Source of the DNA: Candidatus Omnitrophica bacterium UBA6253
GTDB taxonomy: Bacteria; Omnitrophota; Gorgyraeia; Gygaellales; Profunditerraquicolaceae
Direction of reading: 5' to 3'
Length of the DNA: 64,000 nt
Assembly (NCBI GenBank): GCA_002441245.1
Contig: DJVP01000009.1
Location: 12,817-76,816 of the forward strand
Numbering within the stretch: the first letter of the stretch is position 1; every line of letters starts with the position of its first letter. The position numbers were made by a program, and so were the translations under genes. The notes under the pieces were generated by a model, which searched no databases, was not told where the DNA came from, and worked only from the letters and a program-made list of their open reading frames with translations. This document shows, one piece after another, positions 59,382 to 64,000 of the stretch.

Positions 59382-60829
59382 TATTTAGTGATCTTGCAAG
59401 ACAAATAAGAATTGTATTTTTTACACAATAAAATCTTAATCTTATTATAAAGGGAAGAAATACTTCTTGTCCTTGTGGTAATTTCTTTGAAAATAAAAGG
59501 AATACTGAGATAATGCTGCTTCATGGCCTGGACCCTTAAAGTTTTCATGCGTATTAACGTTTGCTCATCCAGAATGCTGTATAAAAATTTTCCCCCGTTT
59601 GCAAAATTGCGCCATAAATCAACCGGGATCTTATTTGCCTGCACAGCTTCATTAAACATCCCTGAGCCTGGAAATAACATTGCGAGACGAAACTCAACAT
59701 AATCGATATCTTTGCTTCGCGAAAACTTAATTGTCTGCCTTATCTCATCTTCCGTCTCTCCCGGCATACCTAATATGAAATAAGCAACAGTAGCTAAGCC
59801 TGCCTGGCGGGATTCCTTAAGCACTTTCTCAATTTGATACGTAGTAATATGTTTTCTCATCAGCTCATTTCTTACCCGCTCAGATCCGGATTCTATGCCA
59901 TATTTAACATGCGTACAATTTGCCCTCTTCATTAAAGAAAGCAACTGCTTATCCACCATATCGATCCTGCTCATACAGGCCCATTTAACCCTTAACCTCT
60001 GCCTAATGATTTCACTGCATAACTCCTCCATCCTGCCCCTATCGACTGTCATCGCATCATCAATAAAATCTATATAGCTGACTCCTAAGCTTGATAAATA
60101 TTTTAATTCTTCAATAATATTCTTGGCGCTCCTTACGCGAAATTCCCCCCTCTGCGGGGTTGCACAAAAAGCACAATTAAAAGCACATCCCCTGGAACCA
60201 AGCACTGAAGCAATATTGCCGCTTAAAAGCCCAGAAAAAATCTTATAAGGCCAATACTCCCGAGCGGGAAAAGGCAGGATATCCAGATTTTCTATAATTT
60301 GCAGGCGGTTAACCGATACTGTTTTCCCATTTTTTAAGACCAGATTACAAATTCCCGAAGGATCACTTTTGTTAAATATGGCCCTTACTAATTCGGCAAA
60401 GGCGAATTCTCCATCGGATACAATACCATAGTCCGCGTTAAGATAATTAACGCAGTCCGGGTCAAAATGCACGTGCGGGCCGCCAACCACAACAGTAACC
60501 TTGGGAGATAAATTCTTAATTTGCGCAATTAAAACTTTGGCTAAAGGCAAGTTCAGGGTTGAAACATAAATTCCCGCAACCATCGGATTTTCATGCAAGA
60601 TGATATCTTTAATAACAACCGGCCAATCATTTAAAAAAGTCATATCCAGGAAACTGACATCAATATTGCGTTGTTTTAAAACCGCAACTAAATATAAGAG
60701 CCCCAGCGGAGGGTAAAACCTGTCTTCCACGCTGACAGGCGGCAGGCTTCCGTCCTTAAGATCAACAGCATCAAGATTCTTAAAATTATAAGTGCTATAA
60801 ATTATAATTACCTTATTTTTCATTATCAA
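59381..60829 (-). CDS. B12-binding-domain radical SAM protein (class B radical-SAM methyltransferase-like)
   Basis: N-terminal cobalamin-binding Rossmann-like domain, then CAFNCAFC (CX3CX2C). Confidence 0.7.
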   Translation of the reverse strand: MIMKNKVIIIYSTYNFKNLDAVDLKDGSLPPVSVEDRFYPPLGLLYLVAVLKQRNIDVSFLDMTFLNDWPVVIKDIILHENPMVAGIYVSTLNLPLAKVLIAQIKNLSPKVTVVVGGPHVHFDPDCVNYLNADYGIVSDGEFAFAELVRAIFNKSDPSGICNLVLKNGKTVSVNRLQIIENLDILPFPAREYWPYKIFSGLLSGNIASVLGSRGCAFNCAFCATPQRGEFRVRSAKNIIEELKYLSSLGVSYIDFIDDAMTVDRGRMEELCSEIIRQRLRVKWACMSRIDMVDKQLLSLMKRANCTHVKYGIESGSERVRNELMRKHITTYQIEKVLKESRQAGLATVAYFILGMPGETEDEIRQTIKFSRSKDIDYVEFRLAMLFPGSGMFNEAVQANKIPVDLWRNFANGGKFLYSILDEQTLIRMKTLRVQAMKQHYLSIPFIFKEITTRTRSISSLYNKIKILLCKKYNSYLSCKITK

Positions 60830-62387
60830 CCTTGCGTATCTGATAGATATTCACCAAAACTCCATCAATATAAAATGCCCCCAACCTCGGAAAACGCGCA
60901 TCAAACCATTTCTTTACTTCCCGATCATTGGAAGAAAAACTTCCATCCCTGTTCCAAGAGGCAAAAAAAACCCAGATATTACGTAAATTATATTCATTTA
61001 AATCAAGCATATCAATATCAAGATCACGGTACTTGGGCTTAAAATTTTTCGCATGCATCCTGGAAAGTATCCGCTCGAAATAAAGGTCTGTATTCTTCTT
61101 GTAAAAATAAAAACCTGGGACGTCAGAACCCCTCTTACTCTCTCTGGACAGATAATACTGGAAGGTAACCATAAAAGAGTTATTTGTAAATCCCAGTGCA
61201 TCACCGTCTTTTTTAAAACTCAAAAACTTAGCTACCAGGGGGCGCACGGGTTTTTTAAGGCAGACAGCCTGGGGTTCATAGTAAAATACTAATTTATCTG
61301 CATAATAATTATACAAAGAACAACTTAAAATAATGAGAAAAACAGCTATTCCTGTTATTTTAAGAAAAGGATGCTTTAGAGAAGTAATCCCTTTTGAAAG
61401 CAATAAATACAAAAAAGGGCTAAAAATTATAAGATGCCTGGTGAGATAGATATGCGCAATATAGCTGTCAAATAAAAAAACTAAGATCAAGGGAAGGATA
61501 GAAAATAATATAAGAAATAACACCTCCTTTGAATTTTGCCGCTTTATCAACGCGGCAAAGGCTAGCGCGATCATAAGCGATAAAACTGACCAATATACCA
61601 GGGGGCTAAGACTGTAGCCGGTAATAAAATTAACCAGGCTGATTAGGATAAACCACGCAGAACCGGCTCCCTGCAACCAAAATCCGTCTTTTAATAAATT
61701 GAATTGGCTGATAAAGGTCGGTAAAATTATCAGAGCAAAAATTAGTAAAGCTATCCCTGCGGAAAGTGCCCATTTTACAAAACATCTCCTATATTTTGAT
61801 AAAATAATAATCAGCTCCGGTATAAATAAAAATAATGCGAAATAAGTAGTCGAAATAAGGCAAAGAGTGACCAATGAAAAAATTACCCAATATAAAATTA
61901 TTTTTTCTTTTTCTAAAGCTTTAAAGAAAATGTATACTCCGGCAAGAGTGAAGAAAACGGAAAGGCTGAACATGCGCGCCTCTTGCGCATACCAGATCTG
62001 GAAAGGAGAAAGGGCCATAAGTGCCGCCCCGATAAGGGCCGTTATCTTATCAAAAAACAGTACTCCTAACTTATATAAAATAATTATAGAAAGAACACTA
62101 AAAATAACTGAAAAAAAACGCAAGCTGAATTCATTTAAGCCGAAAAGAAATGACCATTGGCGAAGCAAAGCGTAATAAAAAGGCGGGTGCTTGTCTATGG
62201 ACAGCGAGTTGAATTCATGATCAGGGCCGGCAGCAAACATGCCTGAAATTACTTCATGAGTCAATACCTCATCGAGCCAGAAATCATGCTGGGCAAGGTT
62301 AAACAAACGAAGGGCAACCCCCAAGACAATAATTGCCAAAAACAACCAGTTATTGTTCCAGCTTATTTTAGCCGGTAGATATCGCAT
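60813..62387 (-). CDS. GT-C fold membrane glycosyltransferase, family 39/83-like (ArnT/PMT-type)
   Basis: ~11 TM helices; N-terminal RLFNLAQHDFWLDE motif typical of ArnT/PMT polyprenyl-phosphate-sugar transferases; soluble C-terminal domain. Confidence 0.65.
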   Translation of the reverse strand: MRYLPAKISWNNNWLFLAIIVLGVALRLFNLAQHDFWLDEVLTHEVISGMFAAGPDHEFNSLSIDKHPPFYYALLRQWSFLFGLNEFSLRFFSVIFSVLSIIILYKLGVLFFDKITALIGAALMALSPFQIWYAQEARMFSLSVFFTLAGVYIFFKALEKEKIILYWVIFSLVTLCLISTTYFALFLFIPELIIILSKYRRCFVKWALSAGIALLIFALIILPTFISQFNLLKDGFWLQGAGSAWFILISLVNFITGYSLSPLVYWSVLSLMIALAFAALIKRQNSKEVLFLILFSILPLILVFLFDSYIAHIYLTRHLIIFSPFLYLLLSKGITSLKHPFLKITGIAVFLIILSCSLYNYYADKLVFYYEPQAVCLKKPVRPLVAKFLSFKKDGDALGFTNNSFMVTFQYYLSRESKRGSDVPGFYFYKKNTDLYFERILSRMHAKNFKPKYRDLDIDMLDLNEYNLRNIWVFFASWNRDGSFSSNDREVKKWFDARFPRLGAFYIDGVLVNIYQIRKVDNEK

Positions 62388-62399
62388 ACTTTTAATTTG

Positions 62400-63965
62400 C
62401 TAAGAATCATACCACTTTGGTTTTCTTAACTCTTTAAAACCGGTTATGTATTCTAATTTCTTTTCTCCCATCAAAGTATCAATCATCGATAAAAACATAA
62501 CCTTAAGGGTATTCCTAAAAAACCACCAATAAAGCCCGCGTTTATGTTTGTACCGGCAAAACAGGCCCCTAACAAGCCAGAAAGGCCGGCAAAGCACATA
62601 ACGCTTGTTTAACTCCATATTGAGATCAGCAAAATCTTTTCTACTAAGGCCCGTATATGAACGCATCAACGGAGTGGCCCAATCATAACGCTTAAAATCA
62701 TCCTCTTCCAGAAGATTGTCGGCCTTTGCCTCATTATAAATCATGGTACCGGGAACAGGCGCAACAGGATGAAACGCAGGATAATCCATGTCTATCTCTT
62801 TGGCGAAATCTACCAACCCCAGCATTGACTCGCGGGTGTCAAAAGGAAGGCAAGTAACAAATGTCCCTTGCCTGAATACCTGCGGATACTTTCTTTTAAA
62901 AATCAAGAAGACCTCCTTGATTAAACCTTGAGTATATACAGACTTATTCAGCTTCCTAAGGTCTTCGGTACACCCCCTCTCTACCCCGATAAGGGGATGA
63001 ATTAATCCTCCCCGGACCATCTTATCAAGAATTCCCAGTTTTTCATCCCGAAGCAAGAAATCAGCCCTTAAGAAAGCCCACCAGTAAAGGTCTTTATAGT
63101 TCCTCTTTAATAAACCGTCGCAAAACTCATTCGTCCATTTAGGGTCAATATTAAATGTAGGATCCGCCCATATAATATAGCGCCTATTATATTTCTTATA
63201 AATCAAATCAACTTCCTCTAATGTCCTGGCAACACTCTTCGTCCTATATCGGGGCATAGCCTCCAGCTGCCCCTTTTCTACATCGGTGTTAACGTGCTTA
63301 CCCCAAAAAGTCCATAAGGAACAAAAACTGCATTTATCAATACAGCCCCTTGAATGTTCAAGAGTAACGCTTTGCGGCCACAAATACCCAAATGGTGAAT
63401 ATTTGCCCATTGGCATAAGATCAAAAGCGGCTACCGGCAATGTATCTAAATTCTCAACCAGGGGTCGCAAGGCGTTCCTAATAATCTGTCCGTTCATTTT
63501 ATATGCAATACCTTTAACATTAGATAAATCACCTTTTTGAGATAAAACCTTTATCAATTCAGCAGCTGTATCCTCCCCTTCAAAACGAACAATAATATCA
63601 AGCACCTTATTTTGAAGGCCATATTCAACCATCCAGGAAAAAAAATGCCCTCCGGCAATAGTAATAATTTCGGGGTTTATTTGTTTGGCTAAAGAAAATA
63701 ACTTAAGGGCCTCATGGTTATAAAGGGCCTCCTCGCCGGCTCCTATAAAATCAGGATTCTCTTGACGTAACAACTGGGCCAGTGTTTTCCAACCTATTTT
63801 TAACGGCGGGCAATCTATTATCTTAACCTCTACTTCAGGCACATTCTGTCTTACCGCTGCCGCGATACTCGGCAGGCCAAGCGGTAAAAGGAAATTATCA
63901 GATTCATTTATAAAAGGCCAAAGGAATCTCGGGGGGCGCACAAGAACAAATTTCTTTTTTTTCAT
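62400..63965 (-). CDS. B12-binding-domain radical SAM protein (second paralog)
   Basis: N-terminal B12-binding fold (LPLGLPSIAAAV...IIDC...ITIAGGHF), then CIDKCSFC (CX3CX2C). Confidence 0.7.
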   Translation of the reverse strand: MKKKKFVLVRPPRFLWPFINESDNFLLPLGLPSIAAAVRQNVPEVEVKIIDCPPLKIGWKTLAQLLRQENPDFIGAGEEALYNHEALKLFSLAKQINPEIITIAGGHFFSWMVEYGLQNKVLDIIVRFEGEDTAAELIKVLSQKGDLSNVKGIAYKMNGQIIRNALRPLVENLDTLPVAAFDLMPMGKYSPFGYLWPQSVTLEHSRGCIDKCSFCSLWTFWGKHVNTDVEKGQLEAMPRYRTKSVARTLEEVDLIYKKYNRRYIIWADPTFNIDPKWTNEFCDGLLKRNYKDLYWWAFLRADFLLRDEKLGILDKMVRGGLIHPLIGVERGCTEDLRKLNKSVYTQGLIKEVFLIFKRKYPQVFRQGTFVTCLPFDTRESMLGLVDFAKEIDMDYPAFHPVAPVPGTMIYNEAKADNLLEEDDFKRYDWATPLMRSYTGLSRKDFADLNMELNKRYVLCRPFWLVRGLFCRYKHKRGLYWWFFRNTLKVMFLSMIDTLMGEKKLEYITGFKELRKPKWYDS

Positions 63966-64000
63966 TGCCTTATCTCCACTATTTGCTTTTATGATAAAAT

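Noticed and set aside
1-64000. Search for CRISPR arrays, transposases/IS elements, integrases, toxin-antitoxin pairs or recognisable defence-system genes.
   Set aside because: I saw no regularly spaced direct repeats and no transposase, integrase or recombinase ORFs. The PIN-domain protein is the housekeeping YacL type, and the ABC-F protein is the translation-factor type.

Overview
This is a ~64 kb chromosomal segment from a low-GC (~38-40%) diderm bacterium; the Lpt, Lol and Mla envelope systems are all present. It is gene-dense, and almost every gene is on the minus strand. Most of the window is housekeeping. Coordinate landmarks, in order:
- a partial GH5-like glycosidase at 1..~1004;
- a Maf pyrophosphatase ORF that runs in frame into a YcaL-like M48 lipoprotein peptidase;
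- pyrE, then comFC-lptF-lptG on the plus strand;
- alr-tsaB-tsaE-thiL-mtnA, then a Bacillus-like tmk-holB-ricT...metG-tatD block;
- cysS-cysE-ispF-ispD-yacL, radA, and an unusual PilZ-PilT fusion ATPase;
- mlaFED, mcsA-mcsB-clpC, ilvE, lolCD, lysS and an HtpX-like peptidase;
- a redox module (DUF1573, thioredoxin/DsbD-like, DoxX, NDH-2);
- a carotenoid cluster: a polyprenyl synthase frameshifted in an A8 run, heterodimeric lycopene cyclase, crtB, an embedded ispH, and crtI;
- purU, an NMO/FabK-like enzyme and a nitroreductase;
- a block of uncharacterised membrane/secreted proteins plus an ICMT-family methyltransferase next to tRNA-Asn(GUU);
- an ABC-F ATPase, then dnaX-recR.

At the right end is a tightly packed operon of a NIL-domain protein, a Cys-rich protein, a SPASM radical-SAM enzyme, two B12-binding radical-SAM enzymes and a GT39/ArnT-like membrane glycosyltransferase. 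I consider this the best candidate for an undescribed modification system.

The other main result is a family of GC-rich, multi-hairpin intergenic repeats with compensatory base changes, at 17.1, 21.5, 25.1 and 31.6 kb.

No CRISPR arrays, transposases or integrases were seen.
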